From positions 8,302 through 72,301 of the forward strand of contig CAYLPZ010000002.1 in the NCBI GenBank assembly GCA_964385755.1: a stretch of DNA of 64,000 bases. The letters are read 5' to 3'. This document shows positions 1-9,369 of the stretch, piece by piece. Source of the stretch: an uncultured Coprobacillus sp. (GTDB lineage: Bacteria; Bacillota_I; Bacilli_A; ML615J-28; CAG-698). Every line of letters starts with the position of its first letter. The first letter of the stretch is position 1. Below the pieces are notes generated by a model. It did not search any database. It saw nothing but the letters and a program-made list of their open reading frames with translations, and was not told where the DNA came from. The position numbers and the translations under genes were made by a program.

Positions 1-266
1 TGCATTTTGGTTTTCAAATACAATAACAATCGAAGCATGCAACTATGGTGGTAAAGGAAATCCTATTGTCAATATTACAGATGGAACATTTATTGCTAAG
101 ACAAGCGAAGATGGAATGTACATTGGATATGGCATTTTAGTTATTAATTATAATGAAAACAAAGCAAATATGAGTGGTACTACAGTGCAATATCAATTAG
201 CAGATGTACCAGAAAACTATGGTGAAAATTATTATATAAATAATGATAATTCCGTTACAATTAATT
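1..266 (+). CDS. 3' end of a hypothetical secreted/surface protein (partial; Asn/Gly-rich, beta-helix-like C-terminus)
   Basis: Open frame 2 runs from the window edge to TAA at 264-266 (…GKGNPIVNITDGTF…NYGENYYINNDNSVTIN*). Composition resembles the beta-helix module of the 25977 protein. No start in window. Confidence 0.3.
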
Positions 267-475
267 AGTTTATAATTAAAATTCTTTTGTGGATATATAT
301 TTCTATAAGGGAATAAGAATATATAGAGAGAATAAGCAAATAAGAGAATTATTTAATATTATTTACTATATAGTTTATAAATATTCTCTTATGAAAAAAA
401 TGAGTAATCTTTGGTTACTCATTTTTACATTTTTAAAGGTATATATATAAAGAATAAATCATCAATATTTTATTT

Positions 476-500
476 TTGCATAAAAATTAGTAATATGCAA
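476..500. promoter_or_regulatory. Inverted repeat TTGCATA-N11-TATGCAA immediately upstream of the hsp20 start (candidate operator)
   Basis: Perfect 7-bp inverted repeat seen directly in sequence, about 20 bp before the RBS GGTGA. It is not CIRCE and not a CtsR box. Confidence 0.3.
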
Positions 501-521
501 ATAATAAATATGGTGATATAA

Positions 522-902
522 ATGTTACATTGTTTTAACAAAGAAAAAGAAAACGAAAATGAATGTAAAAGCAGTATGCTTAATAAGTTTAAAATGACAA
601 ACAAGGCAGATATTTATGAAGATGAAAAAACAGTACAAATATTAATTGATTGTCCAGGTGTGAATAAAGCTAATATAAAAATTAGTATGCAAAATGAATA
701 TTTATATGTTGATATTGAAAGAATTCAAGGTTTTCAAGATTTACAATGTACCCATCAAGAGATAAGTTATGGTAAAACAACTAGAAAATTTTATTTAGGC
801 GAAAAAGTAACTAATAAAATAACAGCCAAACTTGAAAATGGTGTACTATATATTTCTTATGAAAAAAGTCACACAGATGAAGTAAATATTGAGGTTAACT
901 AA
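522..902 (+). CDS. Hsp20/alpha-crystallin family small heat-shock protein
   Basis: ORF shows the alpha-crystallin domain pattern (…VQILIDCPGVNKANIKISMQNEYLYVDIER…KLENGVLYISYEK). RBS GGTGA lies 5 nt before the ATG. Confidence 0.7.
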   Translation: MLHCFNKEKENENECKSSMLNKFKMTNKADIYEDEKTVQILIDCPGVNKANIKISMQNEYLYVDIERIQGFQDLQCTHQEISYGKTTRKFYLGEKVTNKITAKLENGVLYISYEKSHTDEVNIEVN

Positions 903-945
903 AAAAATGGCTGTAAACAGCGTTTTGCTGTTTTAGCCATTTTAT
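903..945. terminator. Bidirectional rho-independent terminator between hsp20 and the HAD hydrolase gene
   Basis: Nested hairpin AATGGCT-GT-AAACAGC-GTTTT-GCTGTTT-TAGCCATT flanked by A/T runs on both sides. Confidence 0.6.
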
Positions 946-1736
946 TTAAGATACTTAGGTATATCAGTAATTGAATCTAAAATTAAATCAGGTTTAAAGT
1001 CAGATTCTTCAACTGTCTTCATTGTACTCTCACCTGAGAGAACTAAGATTGTTTTGACATTTGCATTTACACCTGATGCGATATCGGTATACATTCTATC
1101 GCCAACCATTGCGATGTTTTCTTTAGGAATATTATACTTTTTCGCAAGTATATTAATCATTTCAGGAGATGGTTTACCAATAAAGATTGGTTTTTTGCCA
1201 GTTGCAATTGTTATCATTTGACAGATGCTTCCACAGTCAGGGATGTATCTTTTCCCTGCAATTGGATAAACCCAATCAGCGTTTGCGGCGATAAAAGTTG
1301 CACCATGATCTAAGAAATAACAAGCTTTTTCAAGTTTTTTGTAAGTTAGTTCACGGTCAAACCCCACTACAACCACTTCCGCATTTTCTTCAACTAATTT
1401 TACGCCATATTGTAGAAGTTCATTTTCCATTGCTTTTGTACCAACTAGATAAACTCTCTTATCTTTATAATACTCTCTTAAGTACATGCCAGTAGCCATA
1501 CTTGATGAGAAAATATTTTCATCAGTTACTTTGATGTTTAAACCTTTTAACATTTCTAAATATTCTTCTTGACTTTTAGAAGAATTGTTTGTTACGAAAA
1601 TATATTTTATATTTTTACTTGTGAGTAAATCTAAAAACTCTAAAACACCATCGAATAATTTATATTCTAAATATATAGTACCATCCATGTCTAATAAAAA
1701 TAACTTAATATCAAGTGAAGTGTTTTCTTTATTCAT
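942..1736 (-). CDS. HAD-IIA family hydrolase (NagD/YutF-like sugar phosphatase)
   Basis: N-terminal DxD motif LLDMDGTIY; overall HAD-IIA layout, with GDRMYTDI near the C-terminus. Confidence 0.8.
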   Translation of the reverse strand: MNKENTSLDIKLFLLDMDGTIYLEYKLFDGVLEFLDLLTSKNIKYIFVTNNSSKSQEEYLEMLKGLNIKVTDENIFSSSMATGMYLREYYKDKRVYLVGTKAMENELLQYGVKLVEENAEVVVVGFDRELTYKKLEKACYFLDHGATFIAANADWVYPIAGKRYIPDCGSICQMITIATGKKPIFIGKPSPEMINILAKKYNIPKENIAMVGDRMYTDIASGVNANVKTILVLSGESTMKTVEESDFKPDLILDSITDIPKYLK

Positions 1737-1747
1737 GTATATCTCCT

Positions 1748-1781
1748 AAAATAAATAAAACCCACTAAATCAAATAGTGGG
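1748..1781 (-). terminator. Rho-independent terminator downstream of tRNA-Cys (minus strand)
   Basis: Hairpin CCCACTA-N7-TAGTGGG followed by a U-run on the minus strand. It sits between the tRNA and the RBS of the HAD gene. Confidence 0.5.
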
Positions 1782-1793
1782 TAAATGTTTTGA

Positions 1794-1867
1794 TGGAGGC
1801 TCCAGTCGGATTTGAACCAACGATCAGGGTGTTGCAGACCCACGCCTTACCACTTGGCTATAGAGCC
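1794..1867 (-). tRNA. tRNA-Cys (anticodon GCA), CCA encoded
   Basis: Manual fold: acceptor GGCTCTA/TGGAGCC, D-arm GCC…GGC, anticodon loop CTGCAAC, T-arm GTTGG-TTCAAAT-CCGAC, discriminator T plus CCA. Confidence 0.85.
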
Positions 1868-2073
1868 ATCAAATTAGCAATATAATTATACTAAACTATT
1901 TATCTTTTGTCAAATGTTTTTCAAAAAATGTTATAATAATATTATGAATTAACTAAATTATTTCCTAAAAAAATCATCATTAAATCGATTGAAAAAAAAT
2001 ACATTTAATGGTATAATTGTTATAAGGAAGAATATCGAAATTTACCGAATTCTTAAAAGGTGGGTTAACTATT

Positions 2074-2730
2074 ATGGGAATAAGAGAACAAGTTGATTAT
2101 ATTAAAAATGATTTAAGAGAACGAAACGCCGAAGATGTAAAAATTATTGCTGCAACTAAGTATATGAATGTTGATCAAACACTAGAACTATATAATAACG
2201 GAATTAAATGTTTTGGTGAAAATCGTTCTGATATGTTTTTAGAAAAATATGAAGCACTAAAAGATCATACTGATATTGAATGGCATTTCTTTGGTGTTGT
2301 GCAGTCACGTAGAATAAGAGACATTGCTAATCGCATTAGCTGCCTTCATTCGCTTGATAGAGTATCTTTAGCTATTGAGTTAAATAAGAAACTTGAAAAA
2401 CCTCTTGATTGTTTTATTCAAATAAATATATCAGAAGAACTTAACAAACAAGGTATCCCCGCAAATCGACTTAAATCATTTATCAAGCAATTAGCAAATT
2501 TAGATAAAATTCGTATTGTTGGATTAATGTGTATTGCAAAATTCACTTTTGATGAAGATGAATTAAAAGGATATTTTAGTAAAATGGAAAAACTAAGAAA
2601 ACAAGTTGAAGAGATGAACCTTGAATATGCACCTTGTCATAGACTTTCAATGGGCATGACAAATGATTATAAAATAGCTTTACAATATGGTGCAACAGAT
2701 TTACGACTTGGAAGAATATTTTTAAAGTAA
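2074..2730 (+). CDS. ylmE: YggS/YlmE family pyridoxal-phosphate homeostasis protein (PLPHP)
   Basis: Alanine-racemase N-terminal-like fold signature (…IIAATKY…FGENRSDMF…WHFFGVVQSRR…). Followed directly by sepF and yggT, as in the Firmicute ylm cluster. Confidence 0.85.
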   Translation: MGIREQVDYIKNDLRERNAEDVKIIAATKYMNVDQTLELYNNGIKCFGENRSDMFLEKYEALKDHTDIEWHFFGVVQSRRIRDIANRISCLHSLDRVSLAIELNKKLEKPLDCFIQINISEELNKQGIPANRLKSFIKQLANLDKIRIVGLMCIAKFTFDEDELKGYFSKMEKLRKQVEEMNLEYAPCHRLSMGMTNDYKIALQYGATDLRLGRIFLK

Positions 2731-2744
2731 GGAGATGACAACAA

Positions 2745-3062
2745 TTGATATCAAAAACAAAGAAAATTGATGGCAATATTGGATTAACTGCTTACGATCG
2801 ATTAATTATTTATGATGTGCCAGATAGTTCTGATGAAACTTTATACTATATGAGTGATAAAATTCTTTCTGGAACACCAATTCTTGCTAATTTTTCCAAT
2901 GTTGATGTAAATCAGATTAATTTAATGTTATCATTTCTTTCTGGTGTTGTCTACGCAAAACAAGGAAGAACAAGAAAATTTCGCAAGTTTCTATTCCTTT
3001 TTGGTGGAAAAGAAGAGTTTGAAGATGGTTCATTAGATAAATTCTACGAGGATTATAGATAA
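2745..3062 (+). CDS. sepF: Cell division protein SepF
   Basis: SepF/DUF552 core (…ILANFSNVDVNQINLMLSFLSGVVYAKQG…FLFLFGG…). TTG start with RBS AGGAGA. Position matches ylmF. Confidence 0.8.
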   Translation: MISKTKKIDGNIGLTAYDRLIIYDVPDSSDETLYYMSDKILSGTPILANFSNVDVNQINLMLSFLSGVVYAKQGRTRKFRKFLFLFGGKEEFEDGSLDKFYEDYR

Positions 3063-3310
3063 TGCTATTATTTATTTTACAATTAATTTTACGTAATTTA
3101 TTACATGCATATTGCATTATAATAGGTATAGATGTATTATTATCATGGATACCAGGTAGTTATCAATATAAAATACCAAGATTAATTCATACTGTTTCTG
3201 ATTGGTATTTAGGACTATTCCATGATATACTAATTATTGGTCCAATTAACTTTACACCGATACTAGCAATTGGTGTAATTGAATTCTTGTTATATTTCTG
3301 CTATATTTAA
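3062..3310 (+). CDS. YggT family membrane protein (YlmG)
   Basis: 82 aa with two transmembrane segments. Start overlaps the sepF stop, as in ylmF-ylmG. Confidence 0.7.
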   Translation: MLLFILQLILRNLLHAYCIIIGIDVLLSWIPGSYQYKIPRLIHTVSDWYLGLFHDILIIGPINFTPILAIGVIEFLLYFCYI

Positions 3311-3324
3311 TAATGGAGGTAATT

Positions 3325-4194
3325 ATGGATAATTTAACAATTAATATTCATTTTTTTAGAAATGCGCAAAAGGGAAGAATTGACTATGCGGAACTATTAA
3401 AATATTTTCAAGAACAACCTAATTTTGAAATTGAATATGATGATCATGAAGTAAATCTAATTTACACTGATGTAGAGTTTGGATTTAAGTATATGTATCA
3501 AATTACTAAAGTTTCAAAAGTAAAAGGAGTTTATAAACTTAACCCTGCATTTCTAAATATTAATTTCTTATTATGTTTACCACTATTAATTCCATCTTAT
3601 GCGGTTAAGGAAATATTAAATTTTGCTTTAAAGATTGCTAAGCAATTTGATTTAGAAGTATTCCATCAATCATTCTCTGATGTTAGATCATTTAATACTC
3701 CTGAGTTATATTCATTATTCTCATCTGAACAAAAGAAGTATTTAGAAAATAATGAATTAAAAGGTAAAGTATTTTTAGATACAACTAAACTTAATGCTAT
3801 TTGTAAATATCAAAGATACATTAATAACTTAATTGAAGCTTTCCATCATGAAGTAAGTGTAAATCCTTGCAAACCTATTTATGATTACAACAATAAAGAG
3901 TTTGGTATTAGCACAACTTGGAATGTTGGTGTTGCAACTTTATTTGCTCCTTACTTTAATTATGTAGATGTAAAAGATGAAAATGGTGAATGCTTCTTAG
4001 TTCGCCGTGAAGACTTTATGAAATTCATGGAAAAATATTTAACACAAGTTGAAGATTCATTACCTGACATGTATTACATCAAACCTAAAGCTGCTAAATC
4101 TAGTCGTGGTGTTGCGGCGAAGTTACGTAAATATGCAATTGTTGATCAAACATTTGAAGATATTCCTATTTGTAATATCTTAGATCGTTATTAA
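3325..4194 (+). CDS. Hypothetical protein (about 290 aa), no recognisable family; sits at the ylmH/divIVA slot of the cluster
   Basis: Long ORF with RBS GGAGG before the ATG at 3325 (MDNLTINIHFF…). No S4 or DivIVA motifs visible. Confidence 0.5.
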   Translation: MDNLTINIHFFRNAQKGRIDYAELLKYFQEQPNFEIEYDDHEVNLIYTDVEFGFKYMYQITKVSKVKGVYKLNPAFLNINFLLCLPLLIPSYAVKEILNFALKIAKQFDLEVFHQSFSDVRSFNTPELYSLFSSEQKKYLENNELKGKVFLDTTKLNAICKYQRYINNLIEAFHHEVSVNPCKPIYDYNNKEFGISTTWNVGVATLFAPYFNYVDVKDENGECFLVRREDFMKFMEKYLTQVEDSLPDMYYIKPKAAKSSRGVAAKLRKYAIVDQTFEDIPICNILDRY

Positions 4195-4211
4195 TAATTG
4201 GAGAAATAGTT

Positions 4212-4874
4212 ATGAATGATATAAAAATTAATAAATTAATTGATCATACTGTTTTAAAAGCTTTCGCAACTTCTAAAGACATTGAAAAGTTATGCCTAGA
4301 AGCAAAAAAATACGATTTTGCTTCAGTTTGTGTTAATCCATGTTTTGTTTCACTAGCATATCAAATGTTAAAAGATACTGATGTTAAAGTATGTACTGTT
4401 ATCGGTTTCCCACTTGGAGCAAATACTACAAAGGTTAAAGTGTTAGAAACTAAAGATGCTATCAAAAATGGAGCTACTGAGATTGATATGGTAATCAATG
4501 TTAGCAAAGCTAAAGAACATGATTATGACTACATTTATGAAGAAATGAAAGAAATCGTTGAAGCTAGTAAACCTAACATAGTAAAAGCAATTCTTGAAAC
4601 ATGTTATTTAACACAAGAAGAAATTGCATCATTATGTAAAGTAGCAACTAAAGCAGGAGTTACTTTTGTTAAAACATCAACTGGCTTTGGCTCAGGTGGT
4701 GCTAAAGCAGAAGATGTTGCAATAATGAAAGCAAACATTTCTGAAAATATGAGTGTTAAAGCTTCTGGTGGTATTCGTACATATCAAAGCTTACAAGAAA
4801 TGGTTAAAGCAGGAGCTACAAGAATTGGTACTAGCAATGGTGTTACAATCATTGAAGAAGCAAACAATAATTAA
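4212..4874 (+). CDS. deoC: Deoxyribose-phosphate aldolase
   Basis: Class I aldolase signature (…CVNPCFV…VIGFPLGANTT…VKTSTGFG…VKASGGIRT) including the Schiff-base lysine region. Confidence 0.9.
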   Translation: MNDIKINKLIDHTVLKAFATSKDIEKLCLEAKKYDFASVCVNPCFVSLAYQMLKDTDVKVCTVIGFPLGANTTKVKVLETKDAIKNGATEIDMVINVSKAKEHDYDYIYEEMKEIVEASKPNIVKAILETCYLTQEEIASLCKVATKAGVTFVKTSTGFGSGGAKAEDVAIMKANISENMSVKASGGIRTYQSLQEMVKAGATRIGTSNGVTIIEEANNN

Positions 4875-4920
4875 TTTGTAAATAAAACAATTATAAATAT
4901 ATTACTTGATTATATTTATG

Positions 4921-4978
4921 TTACATACATATAGGTTACATACATATAGGTTACATACATTATAGAAAGTATAGAAAG
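4921..4978. repeat. Tandem repeat: 3x TTACATACATATAGG, then 2x TATAGAAAG, directly upstream of deoD
   Basis: Seen directly in sequence; ends about 10 bp before the deoD RBS. Confidence 0.6.
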
Positions 4979-4988
4979 GAATTATATT

Positions 4989-5702
4989 ATGGCTACACCT
5001 CATATAAGTGCAAACGTAGGAGATTTTGCAAAAACTGTAATTATGCCTGGTGATCCACTTCGTGCTAAATTTATTGCGGAGACATATTTAACTGATGTTA
5101 CATTAGTTAATGGCGTAAGAAATATGTTTGGATACACTGGTTATTATAATGGAAAAAAAGTATCAGTAATGGGATCTGGCATGGGAATGCCAAGTATTGG
5201 TATTTACTCATATGAACTTTATAACGTTTATGGCGTTGAAAATATCATTCGTGTTGGTTCAGCTGGCTCATATGTTAAAGAGGCTAATGTTTATGATGTT
5301 GTCCTAGCAACTAGTGCATACTCTGAATCTTCATTTGCGAAAACTGCTTTCGGCTATGAAGAGAATATTCAAACAGGAAGTAAAATGTTAGAAGAAAAAC
5401 TAAAACAAAGTGCTGAAAAATTAAATATTCCTATGATTGAAGGCAGAATCCACTCAGCAGATGTATTCTACCGAAATAATGGTGATGTTTATAAAGATGT
5501 AGTTAATAAATACGATTGCAAAGTTGTAGAAATGGAATCATTTGCTTTATTTGCAAATGCCCGTTATCTTAATAAAAATGCTGCTTGCATTTTAACTGTT
5601 TCAGATTCATTTGTAACACATGAAGTAACTACAAGTGAAGAAAGACAAAAATCATTCCATAATATGATTAAAATAGCTTTAGATACTGCTGCTAGTTTAT
5701 AG
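4989..5702 (+). CDS. deoD: Purine nucleoside phosphorylase, DeoD type
   Basis: Hexameric PNP-I family pattern (…GDPLRAKFIAE…GMGMPS…VGSAG…EMES…). Confidence 0.9.
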   Translation: MATPHISANVGDFAKTVIMPGDPLRAKFIAETYLTDVTLVNGVRNMFGYTGYYNGKKVSVMGSGMGMPSIGIYSYELYNVYGVENIIRVGSAGSYVKEANVYDVVLATSAYSESSFAKTAFGYEENIQTGSKMLEEKLKQSAEKLNIPMIEGRIHSADVFYRNNGDVYKDVVNKYDCKVVEMESFALFANARYLNKNAACILTVSDSFVTHEVTTSEERQKSFHNMIKIALDTAASL

Positions 5703-5733
5703 CAGCTTTTATTATGAAATAGGAGGTGAAGGT

Positions 5734-6999
5734 GTGAAAATTAATTACATTAATGATAAAAAACAAAAAAAGATTTATCTTCGAATAGTTTTCCTAAATG
5801 AATATAAACCAGAAGAAATTACATCATACTCACTTCTATGTAATATGCTTTCTAATTCATCAAAAGATTATCAAACCAAAAAACAAATCTTTAATAGAAA
5901 TTGTAAATTATATAATCCTTATATTAGTTTTCAAACTAGATCGTTTTATAAAACAAGAATAACTTCTGCCTCTTTAAGCTTTGTTATGCCAACATACTTA
6001 AAAAATATAAATAGTGATAAGTATATAGCAAGTATCATTGACTATTTTTTATCCTTTTTATTAAATCCGAATATTAAAAATAAAAAATTTAAAAATAAAA
6101 ACTTTAATGAAGAAAAACAATATTTAAAATCAGAAATAAACGATTACTATAATCAAATAGAAAATTTTGCATTTTATCAGTTTATTAAAGAAATGGCAGA
6201 TGGTGAAATAGTTAGTTACAACCCTGACGGTAATTTAATAGATTTAGATAAAATAACAGAAGAAAGTTTATATAATACATATTTAGACCTTTTATATAAT
6301 TCATTTAAAGAAATATATATTTTAGGATCTTTAGATAGAATAAATGTTGATTTAATAAAAGACAAACTATTAATATTTACTAAAATACCTAATAAAGACT
6401 TAAATTTACAATTAATAAATGAAGAAATAATAATTTGTCAGGATATTAAAAGAATTATTAAAACTAGAAATATATCTCAAAGTAGAATGCTTTTAGGTTT
6501 TAGAACTGACATTAACATTAATAGTGAACTATATTTACCTTTTACAATATTTGTAAATATGCTTGGAAGTTTATCAACTTCAACTTTGTTTATTAAAATT
6601 AGAGAAGAAGAAGGGCTATGTTACGAAATAGAATCTTATTTCTTAGAACATGCGAAAATAATGGTTGTAGAACTTGGTTTAGATTATCAAAATGCAAAAT
6701 TCACAGAAGAATTAATTCAAAAAGATATTAGAAATTACCAAAATGGTATAATTGATGAAAATTTACTTGAAAGTGCTAAACTTGAAGTGATTAAAGAATT
6801 AACTCTTACTAGCGATAGTGCATCTGATACAATAGATTTCATTATGGAACGTAAATTAATTGGTTACAATAATGATTTATCGTATATCAATACATTAATT
6901 AATAAAATCAAAAATATTACAAAAGAAGAGATAATTGGTGCATCTAAGCACATAAAACTTGATACTGTGTTCTTATTAAAAGGTGAAGGCAATGAATGA
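5734..6999 (+). CDS. M16 family peptidase-like protein (inactive subunit, no HxxEH)
   Basis: Insulinase-like two-domain length and composition, translationally coupled to the next M16 gene. No zinc-binding motif seen. Confidence 0.6.
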   Translation: MKINYINDKKQKKIYLRIVFLNEYKPEEITSYSLLCNMLSNSSKDYQTKKQIFNRNCKLYNPYISFQTRSFYKTRITSASLSFVMPTYLKNINSDKYIASIIDYFLSFLLNPNIKNKKFKNKNFNEEKQYLKSEINDYYNQIENFAFYQFIKEMADGEIVSYNPDGNLIDLDKITEESLYNTYLDLLYNSFKEIYILGSLDRINVDLIKDKLLIFTKIPNKDLNLQLINEEIIICQDIKRIIKTRNISQSRMLLGFRTDININSELYLPFTIFVNMLGSLSTSTLFIKIREEEGLCYEIESYFLEHAKIMVVELGLDYQNAKFTEELIQKDIRNYQNGIIDENLLESAKLEVIKELTLTSDSASDTIDFIMERKLIGYNNDLSYINTLINKIKNITKEEIIGASKHIKLDTVFLLKGEGNE

Positions 7000-8281
7000 A
7001 GTAATTACAAAAATATATCCTGATATTAATGAACAAAAAACAATAATTTCATTTGCTAATGGCTTGAAAGTTCATTTTGTTCCGAAAAGTGGATATAAAG
7101 AAATGTATTGTGGTTTGTGTGTTAATTTTGGTTCTTTTGTGAAAGAGTTCTATAGCGATAAAAAATATCAAGTGCCTCAAGGTGTAGCTCATTTCATTGA
7201 ACATATGTTATTTAGCTTAGAAAATGATGAAAAAAGTGTCAGTGCAAAGTTTGATAATATTGGTTTAGAGTGTAATGCTTTCACAGATTTTCTCAAAACA
7301 GTATTTTATTTTTCGGGTATTAATGACTTTAATACGCTAAAAAAAGGATTTACGATGCTTTTAGAATTTATTTTTAATCATAATTTCTCTGAAAAAAGGA
7401 TAAACAATGAAAAAAAGATAATAATTCAAGAAAAAAGAATGTATGAAAATGATCCATCGATAATTCTTGGTTTAAAGATTTTATCATTATTATACATCGA
7501 AAATAATACTTTTACTTATCCTATTTTTGAAGATACTCTTGGTGAAATTGAAGATATAAATAAAATTAATAAAGAAATATTAGAGCTTTGTTATAATACT
7601 TTCTATGTACCTAATAATATTAATATCGTAATAGTTGGTGATTTTAATAAAGAAGAAATAATAACGATGCTTACTGAAAGCATCATAAATAAACTAAAAT
7701 ACAAAAATCTCCCAAAAATTTGTTTTAGTCATAAAAATACTTTAGCAGAAGAAGAAAGTACATTTGATATCAATGTAACTAAAGTAGCTATCGGTGTAAA
7801 TATGGGAATAAAAATGAATCATATTCAAAATGTTTTATTGAGTACTTTAATTTACAAATTATTTTATTCGATTATCTTTGCTTCCTACAATAAGTATTAC
7901 CAGAAGATGATTAAAGATGAACTATTTGAAGGTAAACTAAATAAAGATTTATATGTTGATAAAAATACATCTTATTTTGTCGTCTATTGTGATAGTAAAC
8001 GATACCTAAATTGTATTAAAATGTTAAAAAAACAAATATTAAATAGAAAAAATATAAACAATCATAATTTATCTCTTTACAAGAAAAAAGCAATTAGTTA
8101 TTTTATTTCAACTATAAATAATGTTGAAAACTTATTCTTTGAAATAATTGATTATATTAATTTTAATGAAGATGTATTAGAATCAATTAATCTAATTAAT
8201 AAAATTACTTTAGATGATTTAAAGAAAATAAAAATAACAAAAAAAGATATTAAAACTTATGTAATAAAACCAATAAACTAA
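6983..8281 (+). CDS. M16 family zinc peptidase (insulinase-like)
   Basis: Inverted zinc-binding motif HFIEH at the N-terminus (…GVAHFIEHMLF…). Paired with the upstream M16-like gene. Confidence 0.75.
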   Translation: MKAMNEVITKIYPDINEQKTIISFANGLKVHFVPKSGYKEMYCGLCVNFGSFVKEFYSDKKYQVPQGVAHFIEHMLFSLENDEKSVSAKFDNIGLECNAFTDFLKTVFYFSGINDFNTLKKGFTMLLEFIFNHNFSEKRINNEKKIIIQEKRMYENDPSIILGLKILSLLYIENNTFTYPIFEDTLGEIEDINKINKEILELCYNTFYVPNNINIVIVGDFNKEEIITMLTESIINKLKYKNLPKICFSHKNTLAEEESTFDINVTKVAIGVNMGIKMNHIQNVLLSTLIYKLFYSIIFASYNKYYQKMIKDELFEGKLNKDLYVDKNTSYFVVYCDSKRYLNCIKMLKKQILNRKNINNHNLSLYKKKAISYFISTINNVENLFFEIIDYINFNEDVLESINLINKITLDDLKKIKITKKDIKTYVIKPIN

Positions 8282-8323
8282 GAAAAATGTTCATATATTT
8301 TGGTATATGAACATTTTTATTTA

Positions 8324-9367
8324 TTAATTTATCATTTTAAAATTTATTTTTATTTCATCAATTGATATATTGTTTTTATCTATGTTAAAACGATAACAAT
8401 AGTCATTTATATCAAATAAATCACATTTTTCTCTTATGAGTAGATCATTAAGTCTAATGATTTCACTTTTAAGATAATTATTTATTACACTAAGTAACTG
8501 TTCATTATTGTTTAATAAATCATTAGTTGCATAGACATTACCGCTTAATTTTAAAATTATTTTATTATCTTTACATTTTATTTTATATTTAAAGTCAGAA
8601 ATGATAAAGTTGATGTTATCGATTGTAATGCTTATTTTATCAACTTTAGTTATTAGTTTTGAAATAACATAATCTTCTCCATCAATAAATATTAAATTAT
8701 CATCTTTATTTAAAATATAGATTCCAGAAGTTGATAGTGTCGTATAAGTACTATCTTTTTTCTCCCATACATCATCACTTGATGTTATTGCTTCAATTTT
8801 AACGTCAATTGTATCTTCTGATATCCCTTTCACAAAGTTTGTAAAATATGAGAAGTTTTTGTTTGCGTAATAGTTGTTACTTGTAATAATCGAAAAGAAA
8901 GAACTGATTTGTTCGGGATTTTCAACTGAATATATATCTTTTATTTCTTTATCTGTAGAATAAACATAAAAGTTGGGAATTATGTATTTATATGTTTTGA
9001 TTAATACTAATAATTCGGAAATGTTTTTATTATTAAGAAAGCTTTTTGATAAAATGAATGATTGAATGTGTGTCAATTTTATGTTGTCGATTGTATTTTC
9101 TTCGATTGTTTTCATACATTCGTAGATTGTTTTTCCCTTCGCATGGCTGATTACATAGACTTCTTCATTAGATTGTCCAAGTTCTGTTGTAATTAATGAA
9201 GTCGATGTTGCAATGTGATAGAAGACTTCATAAAGGTTTTCTTCTTTATAATAATCTATACCTATTGAATCAACAAATAAAATTACCTCAAGTGCTGCCT
9301 CTTTTTTACACCCACAAAAAGATAATAAAAGAAAAAACGAAAAGAAAATATATATTTTTTTAATCAT
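8324..9367 (-). CDS. Spore germination protein, GerAC-family lipoprotein (C subunit)
   Basis: Signal peptide ending in Cys (…LLLSFCGC). Last gene of a B-A-C germinant-receptor operon. Confidence 0.7.
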   Translation of the reverse strand: MIKKIYIFFSFFLLLSFCGCKKEAALEVILFVDSIGIDYYKEENLYEVFYHIATSTSLITTELGQSNEEVYVISHAKGKTIYECMKTIEENTIDNIKLTHIQSFILSKSFLNNKNISELLVLIKTYKYIIPNFYVYSTDKEIKDIYSVENPEQISSFFSIITSNNYYANKNFSYFTNFVKGISEDTIDVKIEAITSSDDVWEKKDSTYTTLSTSGIYILNKDDNLIFIDGEDYVISKLITKVDKISITIDNINFIISDFKYKIKCKDNKIILKLSGNVYATNDLLNNNEQLLSVINNYLKSEIIRLNDLLIREKCDLFDINDYCYRFNIDKNNISIDEIKINFKMIN

Positions 9368-9369
9368 AA

